Assembly (NCBI RefSeq): GCF_036588685.1
Contig: NC_086377.1
Location: forward strand, 10,354,001 to 10,418,000
DNA: 64,000 bases
DNA from: Mytilus trossulus
Taxonomy: Eukaryota
Direction of reading: 5' to 3'
The position numbers and the translations under genes were made by a program. Positions 40,476 through 54,991 of this stretch are shown here, piece by piece. A model generated the notes under the pieces. The model saw only the letters and a list, made by a program, of their open reading frames with translations, had not been told where the DNA came from and searched no databases. The stretch's first letter is position 1, and each line of letters starts with the position of its first letter.

Positions 40476-42164
40476 GAAACCAAATTTCTTGGTTTACTTT
40501 TCGATAAAAAGTTAACCTTTCTACCCCATATCAAAATGTTAAAAGCGAGATGTTTAAAAGCTTTAGATATTTTAAAAGTTGTCGGCAGCACTGACTGGGG
40601 TGCTGATCGCAACATTTTACTTAATTTATATAGATCTCTTGTTAGATCGAAACTAGATTATGGCTCTATAGTGTATGGCTCTGCAAGGAAGTCCTACATA
40701 CAGATTCTCGATGCTGTGCATCACCAAGGTTTGCGTCTCTGTCTTGGCGCATTTAAAACCTCACCAGTTGAGAGTCTGTATGTAGAGGCTGATGAGCACT
40801 CACTCACTGACAGACGTTTGAAGCTTGGACTTCAATATGCTGTCAAACTAAAAGCCCATTCAGATAATCCTGCCTACAGCTGTGTTTTTAATCCGATTTA
40901 TGAAGATATTTTTGCAAAACATGAAAATAAAATTCCTCCGTTAGGTTTACGTTTAAAACCACATTTAGCTTCTTTTGATTTAAAATCTGTTGCTCAAGTT
41001 CAAACTTGCAAATGTCCTCCATGGGAACTTCCCAAACCAAAAATGATATTTGATCTCCGTGAACACAATAAAAATAAAACAAATCCTCTTTTAATTCAGC
41101 AACACTATGCTGAAATTAAAGCCGATTATCTAGATTTTTCAACTGTATATACTGATGGATCAAAAGATGGTGATAGAGTTGCATCTGCTGCTGTCTTCAG
41201 GGACAGAGCTGCAACCCTCCGTTTACCATCTGATGCATCCATCTTTACTGCTGAAGCAGAAGCAATAATTTTGGCTTTGAAATTTATTGCTTCTTCAGAT
41301 AAATCCAAATTTATTATATGTTCGGATTCACTTTCATGTTTACAAGCTATACGAAATACTAAAATTAAAAACCCAACAATCCTGAAAATTTTATATGTAA
41401 TGAGGAATTTAAAAATTCTTCTGAAAGAAATAATATTTTTATGGGTTCCGAGTCATGTTGGAATCCTTGGAAACACAGCTGTAGACCTTGAGGCAAAGAA
41501 TGCCCTGGGTGACCCTCTATCTAACTGTGATATACCATATACTGATTTTAAATCTAATATTAGAGAATATGTTTTTAATATATTGAAAAATAAATGGAGT
41601 AAAAAAGATGATAATAAATTGCATGAAATTAAACCTAGTTTAGGCAAACCTTTTGATAATATTATGTGCAGAAAAGATCAGTGTGTTATTACTAGATGTC
41701 GTATTGGTCATACTAGAATAACACACGAGTATCTTTTAAAAAATGAAGATGAACCACAATGTGTTCCTTGCAACTGCAAGTATACTATTAAACATGTTTT
41801 AATTAATTGTATTGACTTTGCTGATATTCGTAAGAAGCATTTCAATGTCAATAATATGTATGATTTATTTAATGATGTTCCATTTACAAATATTGTTGCT
41901 TTTTTAAAAGAAATTGGAATTTATTATAAAATATAAAAATGTTATTATATTTAAATCGATTTTAATTTTTATCACGTTATTTTACTGTTGATTTTTAATT
42001 GTATATACTCAATTTGCTTTAGTCAATAATTTTAGTATACTGAAGGACTTTTTGTCTTATTTTAAAATATGCTTTAAATTGTAAAAATATTCGAATTAGC
42101 TCTCGCCGCGATATAGCCTTTTTGTGCTAATGCGGCGTAAAGCAACCAACAATCAATCAATCAA
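40476..42164 (+). mobile_element. 5'-truncated I-group (Nimb/I-like) LINE, copy 1, in intron 1
   Basis: ORF with end of RT region, RNase H (YTDGSK..AEAEAI..SDSLS..WVPSHVGILGN..D) and CxxC..H..C knuckle; (TCAA)n tail; 12-bp TSD TCAACATGTGAT (40464-40475, 42165-42176). Confidence 0.95.
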
Positions 42165-42737
42165 TCAACATGTGATCCAGTAGATAAATGCAGGATCTAT
42201 GGCATTTTACATTTGAAGTTGTATTGATACATGTACGTTTACCTATCTCGACAATACGTAAACATATGTAGAAATGCAAAAATAAAATTGAGAATAGAAA
42301 TGGGGAATGTGTCAAAGAGACAACAACCCGACCAAATAAAAAAACAACAGCAGAAGGTCACCAACAGGTCTTCAATGTAGCGAATACTTGCTTCCAAACT
42401 AGTACAGATATAACTGTTTTTCTCGTTATTTAAATATGTTATTCTAATTGCGTGCATTTTATGTATTATTATAAAAGAAATAAAGACAAAAGAAGTATAC
42501 CGCTTTACAATAGGAATATATCGATTAAACTGAGAGAAAAATCCGAACAAAACTGAGGGAAACACACATTAACTACAAGTGGAAAGCAACAGAACAACAT
42601 TAACACTGTACTGCTACAAAAACAAACGCCAACATACAAAGAAAATTACTATTTGTTCACAACTGTCATACTCCTGACACTTGACAGAACATTTCATGAA
42701 AAAAAAATATAAAAAAAATCTGTTTATCTTTTATCAG

Positions 42738-42794
42738 TGAAATGCGTACACAACAAATCATGAACAAAGAAAGAGAATTGCCTTCATCCAAGAG
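42738..42794 (+). CDS. TRIM-like gene exon 2 (57 nt; EMRTQQIMNKERELPSSK)
   Basis: tttatcttttatcAG ... aagAG|GTAGGG; open and symmetric phase 2-2, continuing the exon 1 frame. Confidence 0.78.
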
Positions 42795-45321
42795 GTAGGG
42801 AAATATTTGTGTATATTAAACAGTTTTAAAGTTACATATTTGGCAATATAAACTTGTTATCAAATCTGTGAGTGAATTACACATTATTTTCGATAAATCA
42901 ATTAGAATGTCTCTCCTCTTTTTTCCACTACGTACGTTAGAACACACTGGCTCGAGCACGATTGCGTTTTAGTAAATAAATCATATGATATGCAAACGCA
43001 TACTAGTAGCATCAATTATGTTCAATAAAGTTAAGATTTTGTTGCATTTAATTTTCGTAAATGTACTGTTCGTTAAAATGTGCCTGCTTCTCAGGTTGAA
43101 ATATTTAAAACCTCTTTACACTTATAGAATTTCTCTATGGCTTATGTATCTCCTCTTTTTTCCACTACGTACGTTAGAACAAACTGGCTTGAGCACGATT
43201 GTAACTAAATAAATCATCTAATGATATGCAAACGCAAACTAGTATCATTAATTATTTTCAATAGTGTTTAAATGTTGTTGCATTTAATATTCGTTAAATG
43301 TAAATTGTCCCTGCTTGTCTAGTTGAAATATATAGAACCTCTTTAAACTTATACGATATAACCAAAATATAAAAGTCATTCATCACAATTATCTGGACTA
43401 TTGATGCACGTATAATCAAAAGACGAAATACTGTTTTACAACAACATAACTGTTTTGTTAAGTGTAGTTTGTCTTTTTGTAAATAGTCTTTGTATGTCAT
43501 ATCTTTTCTCCTATAGAAATGATCTCTTTTAATGTGGTGACTGAAAGCAGATTTTATTTTAATCTAATCTCCCCACCGAACACACATCTATATAATATAT
43601 CATTGGAAAGAGGAAATTGCGTACTATAATAATATGCCTGTCGTCAGGTACTGATATGGTCACATTTTTTTTATAAATTGAGGTCAAAGGTCATATGTAA
43701 AAATCTGTGAAAATTCGGGAGGGTTTCAATTTTGACATTTTTTCTTTTTTCTAAACTCTATCTAAACACACATGATACTGTTTTGGCTTTAATAATGTTT
43801 GTTATTAAAAAACTAAAACGATGTTTTATAAACAAAACTTCATAAATCAAGTTTTCAACCTATAAAATGTTTAGAGCACCTTAACCTTATAAAAGTTTTC
43901 AGTTTCAGGTAAAAATTAAGTGTCATGCAGGGCAGTACTTAAATATTTAAACTAACATATTGGGTGAGGTATCAAACCAAAGCAATAGAACTCTACAGTC
44001 AAATATTACCTCAAATTGAATTTTCGGATACTTCAGGTTTTTTTATCGACTACTCGTTTTTCACAATTATTACTGCTTCCATAGTAGTATCTGTTGTTGT
44101 GTTTTCTACGCTGGTTAATATCTATTACATTATAGGTTTTGTACCTATATCCCCTCTTTTTCCCTTTGCAACGTACCACAAACTTCAAAAGTATTCCATA
44201 TAAAAAAAAAACATGTAATATGCTTGCAAATAAAACAACTCTTAAAATAAGACCAAATGATACATAAATTAACAAATAAAGGTCCTGTACGGGCTTCAAC
44301 TATGAGTAAAATTCATACGACATAGTCTTCGATTCCTGAAATGAATAAATTGAAACAAAAGAAAAATATAACGGCCTGATTAATATACAAAATAAATGAG
44401 AAACAAACAAATATAGTATACAGAAACAAACACCAAACACTGCATAACCGTCGCGTGACTTGTAAAACACATAAAATGTGGCGGGATTTAACTTTTTTAA
44501 AGTCGCGCCAACACTCCCCTAACCTCGAGGAAGGGACTGTGGGTACATTTTGTACCAGTGAAACAAGCTTTATACCAAATCCACCGTTATCGCCATCATC
44601 TTTATTTTGATCAACCGTTACAAGACATGTTTTAATATTTCTACCAATTTCACTCATGGCCACAGTTCTGCACAAGAAAGGTTCTGGTCAAAGCAAACAC
44701 ATTATTTTGAGTTTTTCTTTACAAGTACCGATAGGGTACTACCATTATAAGAGCACTGATAAGAAAACAATTGACGTACATTTGAGTTGAGTTCGTTTTT
44801 ACGCCAAAAAATGGCGGCGCGACAACTTTGTAAGCCTTTGAAAAATCGCTCATAAATTACTATATATCATTTGTCAGGATATTTGTCTTTAAATTCATAA
44901 AATTAAGCAAATTAACATTGATGTAGTAAATGCCAATACTAAACTTTTATCATTTAGATAAAAGTTTTGGGATTCTCAAATCTGGATTCCCAATTTTTTC
45001 TCCGTGGGACAGATTTGCTCTTGTTATATGGAACGCGGGTTTTTCAATGACGTCATCATAACATCATAAAAAGTGCATAAAAGACTGAAGGAACCATTCT
45101 GTTTAATAATTGAAAAAACGTTTTGACGAAAATGATAGTTTAGTGGTTACAATAAATGAATTATGTTACGCGGGACAGCCTTAAAATCGTCGGTTTTTTT
45201 AAGGTGAAGCTTGTCGCATGCAGCAAAAAACATAGTTTCGGTGATTATTTTTTTCGTCTTTATTTTGAAATTCTTTAGTTTTAAAAATACGTACAATAGC
45301 AATGGATAGGATATCACAAAA

Positions 45322-46300
45322 TTATATAATTGGACTTGCATCTTGCCAACTACACCGCATTTCCAATAAGGTACGAACATCGCGCGTAACGTCATAGTAT
45401 ACATTTACGCAATTTTTATAGTGCCATTTCCAGAGAAAAGTATTGGCTGAATGCAGTTTCATCGAGTAACAATAAAATAAATTGCAATGAATACGAAGGC
45501 ATTGACCGAATTGAAGATGGAAAAGACAATTCATCCGAAGTTGGGTATTCTTCTGTAGAGTTTCGAAGTCTTTTCGAAGTATACTTGCAGCGGAATGATA
45601 TATATGTCCGTTATTTATGTCTTTTACAGTTGTCATTGAGATTTTGAGGTCAGTTTTCAATTGACTAGCAGTTGATATGGCATCTCAAATAGTTTTTTTG
45701 CTATTAAATATTATGTTATAGTTGCCTTGAACTTGTTGAAGATGTTTGACAACTGAATTTCTATAGAAATCAATGAGTTTAGACAGCATTTTACAAGTAG
45801 AATATTTAAAATAAGAATCAGCCGGAAGAAAAGATCTATATTTATCAAGTAACGGACGTGTCATGAGGAACGACCATTGAATCGTTCTCCATAGCCAAAC
45901 TAAAATGAGTAAAAGCAGTATCGAGATCCGAAATATCTGCTTCTACGGGTTTCGATTTGTTTTTGTTTTTTTTCGTTTTTAGCAAATATTTTGTAATACA
46001 ACCGTAATGACAGAGTGCTTGAAGTTTAAAAGATGGACGGGAAACTGTTCTCAACGTTAACCTTATCTGACACGAATAAAACATTCTTGATACGCTCATC
46101 TGATTTGAACTTCAGTTGTTTTTGATCTTACTAAAATGTTTTGTTGCAGCAAAATATACAAGCGCTCCAGTTGAACGCGTACAAATACCCGAAACTGAGG
46201 GACAACAGTCCGATAATTTTATGTCGTCATTAAATGACAGATAGAAGCTTCCTGACTCTAAAAGGGGGAACAAATATATTTACTTGTGTAACTTTTCTAA
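45322..46300 (-). mobile_element. Decayed coding remnant of a probable DNA transposon in intron 2
   Basis: Fragmented minus-strand peptides (CHYGCITKY; IYHSAASILRKD) resemble large DNA-transposon proteins; many stops; family not established. Confidence 0.3.
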
Positions 46301-47731
46301 CATGAACAACTATAAACTTCCTGCACAGAGTTCTTTAAATTAACAGCTTCCGCATGCAACATCTTGATGTTCACCTCATCCAATCTTTTATTCAAGTGCA
46401 GATTCAAAATCGACTTCCCTATACTAGTAAAATAATTTTTGGCATATTAAGCACTGCATAAAATTAAACGACTTTTGCCTTTTCTTTAGACTTATAATGG
46501 AGCAAGTTGGAACGAACTAAACATATCACGGAATATTTACTGAAACTATCCGTTAATTATTTTGATTTTACAATAAGTCTTTTTTGATGTTTTATAAGAA
46601 GAAATTATAGAATACAAACATATACAAACAAAGTATGTGGCATATATCAGTGCACTTTAATTGAAAACATGTGTATATAAAGCAAAGAAGGTAGTAATTT
46701 CATATTTCAGTTGAGATCAAATTATTGACTAATACACAATATGTGACGGAAGGCAAGTGATTGAATTCAATGTTGAAATTGAAGTTTTTTACTCCATTCT
46801 TTTCCATTGATTTCGTAACGTTTCTTTGATATTTTGGTTCCGAAATTGTTATCACTTACTAGTTTTATGAAATATTATATGCTTAAAATATTATGGGTTA
46901 AAGTTTATTACTACTATGAAGAAGAAACTAAAGTTTGTGTCTGAATATGCAATTAAAATTACCTCGATTTTAAATAGTCCAAACTTTGCAAATTTCATAG
47001 ATTAGAAGAAAATAAAATACTGAATAGAATACTCTGACATATAAAAATAGCTCCAGGAAAAACTATTTCAATTAAATGTAAGCAAACCTACACACTTTTT
47101 TTTATTTTGAAAAAGGGGGGTTGAAACTCTCAAATATACTACTAGTCCTTAAAACGACTTTTTAGAAAAGTGTGACCGTACGAAATTTTGAAGACAGGGC
47201 AAAAATTAAAAAAGACATATTTGTCTTTAAGTTAAGACAATTTTAAGCCGTGTTTTATTTGGGAGATTGAACTCGCGATCTAGACGACTTTTTACACTTC
47301 TGTCACCGCACTATTTGTGATATTGTCACCTCTTTTTACCATAAAAACTATTATTGATTCACAAAGTTATTCGCAATCGACTGTTAATAAACAGTTCAAC
47401 CACGCCAGCATTCACATTCACAATGAAGGGGTAAAAGATTTCAGCAGCCATATCTACTCTAATTAAGATAGTTCGTCATTTCATTCAGTTTGTAAGTGTC
47501 TGTAGGAAAGACGGGGAAATAGAGGGAAAAGCGTATGCAATCAGAAATAATTCTATAAGGATTGGAAAGATAAAATATATATGACCTCAAATTGAATATA
47601 TTGTTTTGGTTGATATCATCTAATTTTGTTTAAGGAACGACATACACCAATACGACCATTACAGCTAAATAAAAGTCGAACTTAATTATAAGTTCTTGTC
47701 AAACATTACGTATACTACGTAACGACAACAA

Positions 47732-47946
47732 ATGGTGAACTGTGATACTCTTTGTGGGTAAACAGCTTCTGTTCTACACTGAACCATAGAAAACATCTCT
47801 GATGACATGGTGAACTGTGATACTCTTTGTGGGTAAACAGCTTCTACACTGAACCATAGGAAACATCTCTGATGACATGGTGAACTGTGATACTCTTTGT
47901 GGGTAAACAGCTTCTGTTCTACACTGAACCATAGGAAACATCTCTG
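47732..47946 (+). repeat. Three tandem ~70-75-bp repeats
   Basis: atggtgaactgtgatactctttgtgggtaaacagcttct... x3. Confidence 0.9.
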
Positions 47947-48205
47947 AAGTAAAGCAATATATCTTTCTAATAAAAAAAATGTATCTCTGTCAAGGTGTAA
48001 GTTGATTTTTTTTTTTTTATAAATTATCATTTCAATTCATTCGAGATTGTCTAATTTGGTTTATGACTCTAGTATATATTTCAAATGCTTTTATGATATT
48101 TTTGCACTGTTTATGTGTGTATCAGTTAGTAATAGCTTGTTGGATTTTAATATTATCTTAGAATAGAGTAAATTTTAAGTCAATCAATTGTGTTGCTTAT
48201 TATAG

Positions 48206-48271
48206 TGATTACAAACAGGATGTGATACCAAAGGAGCAAGGAAAATGCCTGTACAGATGTGTCAAGTGTCG
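48206..48271 (+). CDS. TRIM-like gene exon 3 (66 nt; DYKQDVIPKEQGKCLYRCVKC, first Cys pair)
   Basis: tgttgcttattatAG ... tgtCG|GTAAGT; open, phase 2-2. Confidence 0.82.
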
Positions 48272-48906
48272 GTAAGTTTATTATTATTGTTTCTATGGAC
48301 ATGACACAGAATTGTACATCTATATCATGTGTCGTATCAAATGTATAATTTCAAAGTGTCAATGAAGTGCAAAATACATGGGTCTTTTATCTCGAAAAAT
48401 GCAACAGGTGTCATGTGTAATTGGCTTGCGCCACACAGATGTTTGGACTGTTTAAGAAATCAATAAGAAACATCGATGAACAAACCAATAAGAGTGATAT
48501 AGAGCAGCATTATATCTGTTAACTTGTAAATAATTTACACAAATGTAATGAGCAACATAGTTTCGTCTTCGTCGGCAGTGATGTAAATGGATGTATAATA
48601 ATAATACTAGACGCCATATTTTGGTACTCATATTTAATCACTCATAGGGCGCATTTGGTGGTTTGATACTAAATCATTCACGGGTATTTTGCATGATTTG
48701 CATGATTTGCATAATATGGAGAATATAAAAAAAAAATGTGGTATGATTGCCAATGAGACAACTATCCACAAAAGACCTAAAAGAAATTCATTTTTAATCA
48801 GTTAAGATGTGGTCTAGAGCTCGCATGCATGTCAGTAACTGTCTTTGTTGATATACGCATCAATGCCATTTTGCATAGGTTTTTTTAGTTACCTTTTCTG
48901 ACATCA

Positions 48907-50546
48907 GGTGTAACACCACTAATTCAGGCCCGGCCAGAAAGCACATATCAGAAAGTAGTACATATTTAACACAAAATAGTTCCTACACATGAGTGTAACT
49001 TTCAAAATATGTAGAATATTTAGGTATTTTTGGTATCAAATGAAAGCTGAAGGACTGGTGATCATTGGAGAACACTTTTGGACATTTAGTTTTGAATATA
49101 TAAAAAACTGCACAAAATTTTAAAAAGAGGGTACATTTGGTCTGTTTGTCAGATCTGAAGTACCTGTTTTGGTACATCTGAAGTTCCGGGAACCAGTTCT
49201 TTCTTATATGTCATGCAAGGTATGTTGATTTTTTCAGTACAAGACACCATAAAGTGTTGCTTTGAAATGCAATGATTGCCACTTTATTTGAACTTAAAAT
49301 AAAAGAGGTGTGCCTGCTTGAAACGGAGGAATTTAACATAGAAAGCAATGGGACCATGAATTAGTGGTGTACTTCCTATTACAGAGAATCACCAGAAATC
49401 CAATTTTTAGAAGTTGTACCTATTCCAATGAAAATAAGTCAAATATGATGTTAGTAATCATGTTTCATCATCTTTTTTTGGTCAACCAACCTGCTTATGG
49501 GAAATTTAAGCTCTTAAATTGGTTTACTCAAATATGTCAGCCTTTTATGGTCATACAACATGCATGCAGTTAGGACTTGACTCCAAGTTCTTATTTTTTC
49601 ATTTTTTCTGATTGAAATCCATCAAAAACATGTATTTTATGACTTGTATATGGAACAGAATAGCTCTTGGTCAAAAGAATTTTCTGATTTTTAAAGATTT
49701 TTTGTTTTTCTTATGGTAGCCTTTTACAATCTAGGCAAATTGTATATACTCATACAAGAATTCTAAAATCTCACTGTGCATGCAATTTTGAACCAGTTTA
49801 GCAAGTTATCTAGCTGAGGGATATATAAATTGCTCTTATTAATCAATGTTTTACCACAGAATTTATGGTTCATACAAAAAAAAGCCTTTTTTTGAATTTC
49901 AAGAAAAAAGGGGGGATAATTTCTCATTCATGTCTTAAGTTTGGACTAATATATTTTTATTTAATGAAAAACCTCTGATAAAAATCTGACTATTAGTAAG
50001 CGCATAGCTTTCCTTATAGAAATTAATAAATAAAACAATGATATTGAGAATAAAAAAAGTATTTTTAGCCACTGGTAATATACATATATGCAGTTTTCTT
50101 TGAATAACCCATATGCTATTACCAGTCCAATTTGAACTTTGAAGTAATAAAATAGTCTTTGGACTAAAGCTTTATCTGTTTTTTATTGCTTGAAATAGAT
50201 CATAGAATGAAAAAAAGTAATGCTCAAGTCAATATAGCAAGTTTGGTTCTGTTATAGGTGTAATAACACTAATTCAGGCCCGGCTAGAAAGCACATACCA
50301 GAAAGTAGTACATATTTAACACAAAATAGTTCCTACGCATGCGTGTAAATTTCAAAATATGTAGAATATTTAGGTATTTTTGGTATCAAATGAAAGCTGA
50401 AGGACTGGTGATCATTGTAGAACACTTTTGGACCTTTAGTTTTGGATATATAAAAACTGCACAAAATTTTAAAAAGAGGTGTACCTGCTTGAAACGGAGG
50501 AATTTAACATAGAAAGCAATGGGACCAGGAATAAGTGGTGTACTTC
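48907..50546 (+). repeat. Repeat element with direct duplication of its start (48907-49372 ~ 50256-50546, second copy internally deleted)
   Basis: aggtgtaa..cactaattcaggcccggc..agaaagcac repeated. Confidence 0.7.
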
Positions 50547-50656
50547 CATCAGACTCTTTTAAACTGAGTCAAGCGCGCGAGGTTTGTTTAGACTTAAAAC
50601 TAGATTCAACACACCAATGGTTATAAAAATGTTGGGTATGTTTCTCATATTTAAAA

Positions 50657-53574
50657 TGTAGGCAAGCCCGACGAACATCCTGGAAAAAATTTGTCTCGGG
50701 GATTACATCTCGCACTCCGATGACAAAAGTTTGGAATATGGTAAATAAAATAAAAGGTAAAAATTCTAAAGCCACTGTAAAACATTTGAAAGACGGCAAT
50801 ACTTTATTAACATCTGAAAAGGATATTGCCAACAAACTTGGTGAAACTTTTGCAAAGTCTTCTTCTTGTAACAACTACAGGGAAGACTTTAAAAAAGTTA
50901 AAAAACAAAAAGAAAAAATTAAATTAAACTTTAAATCAAAAAATGGTGAAAATTATAATAAACTATTTTCTCTTGAAGAACTTAAAACATCTCTGTCAAA
51001 AGCCCATGATACAGCTTGTGGGCCTGATAATATTCACTACCAACTCTTAAAACACTTGCCAGATTCCTCGCTAGAAGCTCTCTTGCAGCTCATGAATAAC
51101 ATCTGGGAATCTGGTGATTTACCATCAATCTGGAAGCTTGCAACCGTCGTGCCTATTCCAAAACCAAGTAAAGATCATACGGATCCTATTAATTATCGAC
51201 CAATTGCTCTTACCAGTTGTGTCTGTAAAACACTCGAACGGATGGTCAATGATCGACTTGTTTGGTTCCTGGAATCCAATGGGCTATTAGCCAATATCCA
51301 GTGTGGATTCCGACAGGGTCGCAGTACTCTTGATCATCTTGTTCGATTCGAATCATTTGTCCGTAATGGTTTTGCGAAAAATGAGCATGTGGTGTCGGTC
51401 TTTTTCGACCTTGAGAAGGCCTATGATACTGCATGGAAATATGGTATTTTAAAAGATTTATTTGATATGGGGTTGAAAGGCAATATGCCTAATTTTATTT
51501 CTAATTTTCTCTCTAACAGACAATTTAATGTTAGAGTTTATCGACCATGTCTGATCTGTATGATCAAGAGATGGGTGTCCCTCAGGGCAGTATTTTATCT
51601 GTAACATTATTTAGTCTTAAAATTAACAGCCTTGTTGAAGTTTTAAAAAGTAATATTGAAGGTTCATTGTACGTTGATGATTTTTTAATATGTTACAGAG
51701 GCAAAAATATGAATAACATAGAAAGACAATTACAACTATGTCTTGGAAGAATTGAAAAATGGGCCTCGGAAAATGGTTTTAAATTTTCCACGTCAAAAAC
51801 GGTCGGGATGCATTTTTGTAACAAAAGAAAATTGCATCTTGATCCAGAACTAACTTTGTACGGCAACCCAATTAAAATGGTTGATGAAACCAAATTTCTT
51901 GGTTTACTTTTCGATAAAAAGTTAACCTTTCTACCCCATATCAAAATGTTAAAAGCGAGATGTTTAAAAGCTTTAGATATTTTAAAAGTTGTCGGCAGCA
52001 CTGACTGGGGTGCTGATCGCAACATTTTACTTAATTTGTATAGATCTCTTGTTAGATCGAAACTAGATTATGGCTCTATAGTGTATGGCTCTGCAAGGAA
52101 GTCCTACATACAGATTCTCGATGCTGTGCATCACCAAGGTTTGCGTCTCTGTCTTGGCGCATTTAAAACCTCACCAGTTGAGAGTCTGTATGTAGAGGCT
52201 GATGAGCACTCACTCACTGACAGACGTTTGAAGCTTGGACTTCAATATGCTGTCAAACTAAAAGCCCATTCAGATAATCCTGCCTAAAGCTGTGTTTTTA
52301 ATCCGATTTATGAAGATATTTTTGCAAAACATGAAAATAAAATTCCTCCTTTAGGTTTACGTTTAAAACCACATTTAGCTTCTTTTGATTTAAAATCTGT
52401 TGCTCAAGTTCAAACTTGCAAATGTCCTCCATGGGAACTTCCCAAACCAAAAATGATATTTGATCTCCGTGAACACAATAAAAATAAAACAAATCCTCTT
52501 TTAATTCAGCAACACTATGCTGAAATTAAAGCCGATTATCTAGATTTTTCAACTGTATATACTGATGGATCAAAAGATGGTGATAGAGTTGCATCTGCTG
52601 CTGTCTTCAGGGACAGAGCTGCAACCCTCCGTTTACCATCTGATGCGTCCATCTTTACTGCTGAAGCAGAAGCAATAATTTTGGCTTTGAAATTTATTGC
52701 TTCTTCAGATAAATCCAAATTTATTATATGTTCGGATTCACTTTCATGTTTACAAGCTATACGAAATACTAAAATTAAAAACCCAACAATCCTGAAAATT
52801 TTATATGTAATGAGGAATTTAAAAATTCTTCTGAAAGAAATAATATTTTTATGGGTTCCGAGTCATGTTGGAATCCTTGGAAACACAGCTGTAGACCTTG
52901 AGGCAAAGAATGCCCTGGGTTACCCTCTATCTAACTGTGATATACCATATACTGATTTTAAATCTAATATTAGAGAATATGTTTTTAATATATTGAAAAA
53001 TAAATGGAGTAAAAAAGATGATAATAAATTGCATGAAATTAAACCTAGTTTAGGCAAACCTTTTGATAATATTATGTGCAGAAAAGATCAGTGTGTTATT
53101 ACTAGATGTCGTATTGGTCATACTAGAATAACACACGAGTATCTTTTAAAAAATGAAGATGAACCACAATGTGTTCCTTGCAACTGCAAGTATACTATTA
53201 AACATGTTTTAATTAATTGTATTGACTTTGCTGATATTCGTAAGAAGCATTTCAATGTCAATAATATGTATGATTTATTTAATGATGTTCCATTTACAAA
53301 TATTGTTGCTTTTTTAAAAGAAATTGGAATTTATTATAAAATATAAAAATGTTATTATATTTAAATCGATTTTAATTTTTATCACGTTATTTTACTGTTG
53401 ATTTTTATTTGTATATACTCAATTTGCTTTAGTCAATAATTTTAGTATATTGAAGGACTTTTTGTCTTATTTTAAAATATGCTTTAAATTGTAAAAATAT
53501 TCGAATTAGCTCTCGCCGCGATATAGCCTTTTTGTGCTAATGCGGCGTAAAGCAACCAACAATCAATCAATCAA
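50657..53574 (+). mobile_element. 5'-truncated I-group LINE, copy 2, in intron 3 (frameshift plus premature stop)
   Basis: RT motifs (YRPIALTS, QCGFR, FFDLEKAYD, GVPQGS, YVDD), RNase H, knuckle; frameshift near 51540; TAA at 52285-52287; (TCAA)n tail; 12-bp TSD TCATATTTAAAA (50645-50656, 53575-53586). Confidence 0.95.
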
Positions 53575-53960
53575 TCATATTTAAAACGCTGAAACGACAT
53601 AATGTAGATGACGTAAAGCTCTAAACGCAGCACAAATTTGTGAATTTAGACGATTTACGTTGGCATTAAATTTCAGACCCTTTTATTTGCTGAGTCAATT
53701 ATCACTTTTGAAACATTAATTGTCAGATGCATAAAGGTGTATGCCGCCAATGTTATCATGCTAATGTAATATTCATCCATAACGATTTACATGGTCACAA
53801 TACAATTCAACAATAGGTGGTAAAATAAAGTAAACTTACCTAAATTTATAGAAAATATTAGTATTGCTTCGGAAATGTTTTCTGGATAAACAGCAACTTA
53901 TCTATCAGTAATTTTGTTTAGAATGTGTAACTGATACCAATGATCTGTTTCATCTTTCAG

Positions 53961-53981
53961 AAAGGAAATGAGAACTGATAT
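53961..53981 (+). CDS. TRIM-like gene exon 4 (21 nt; (R)KEMRTD)
   Basis: tctgtttcatctttcAG|a AAG GAA ATG AGA ACT GAT AT|GTAAGT; phase 2-2. Confidence 0.8.
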
Positions 53982-54988
53982 GTAAGTATGATCTACGTCT
54001 ATTGTAAAAGACAAATATTTAAAGTTCGCAATTCGTCAAATTGTTCCAAAAAATAAGCTTACAATAGATTGTGACACGACGATGGCTAGGTCTAAGTGTT
54101 CTTTGTTTTTTTATTAAACGTGTTGTTTGGCTTTTTTTAATTGTTTCTTTGCTATGGTGTATGTTTTTTGGGTTTTTATGATTTTCGAATGCCCATTGTA
54201 TTTAGTTTAAAACATATTTCGAGAAAATAAACATTTAACGTATATTATACTGTAATCGAAAACAAGTCCCATTTTAAGCCATTGTATCTTTTATTTTGCT
54301 CACCCGTGCATATTGTTGTCAATGTATTCGAATCATATGATACTGTAATACGATTAATAGGTTCAGCTAGTTATAACACAAAGTGTAATCCATCATTTTC
54401 TACATAAGTAAATGCTTGTACAAAAACCGGGGCGAAAGATACCAGAGTGACGGTCAAACTTATATATCTATACTAAACTGGGAACCACATGGGTTAGAAA
54501 TATAAAAAGAAACAAGAACATCAAAAAAAAAAACAATCATTGTTATACTATAGAGATACAAAGAAACACATATCAAACAAAACAATCATGTTGATGTACT
54601 TACGTTGTGAGATTAATTGCACATATATAAATACCAGGTTTTACAAATTGAAAATTCATGAAAAAAAGATTAATGCATAATGGTGTCTCGTTGATAAAGA
54701 CACTCTGCGACGTTTACTATGTGTCCAGTTTATGTGAACTGTGGTTAAAAGTTTTTTCTATCTAGTTACCATATCGGATAGGTAAATCAAATGTTGCTCG
54801 GACAAAACACTTAGTAAAAATATAGAAGTGTCATGTCGAATGTTTGTTCATTTGTCACATTCCTATTTATACAGCACGTAAACATTGCAGGGTTTGCACC
54901 GCACACTCACCATGTTACTGCATTACTTGTTCAATTACATTTAGTCTATTTATCAATTTTTTTATAATTAATTATTTGATATTTTCAG

Positions 54989-54991
54989 ATT
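54989..54991 (+). CDS. 3-nt microexon ATT
   Basis: attttcAG|att|GTAAGTgtcaagtagaaaacagataagtat. Confidence 0.75.

Noticed and set aside
40413-41936. 507-aa ORF as a host gene or TRIM-RNase H fusion
   Set aside because: It is a truncated LINE ORF2 bounded by TSDs. The first ~20 residues are intron read-through and no splice path from exon 1 is evident.
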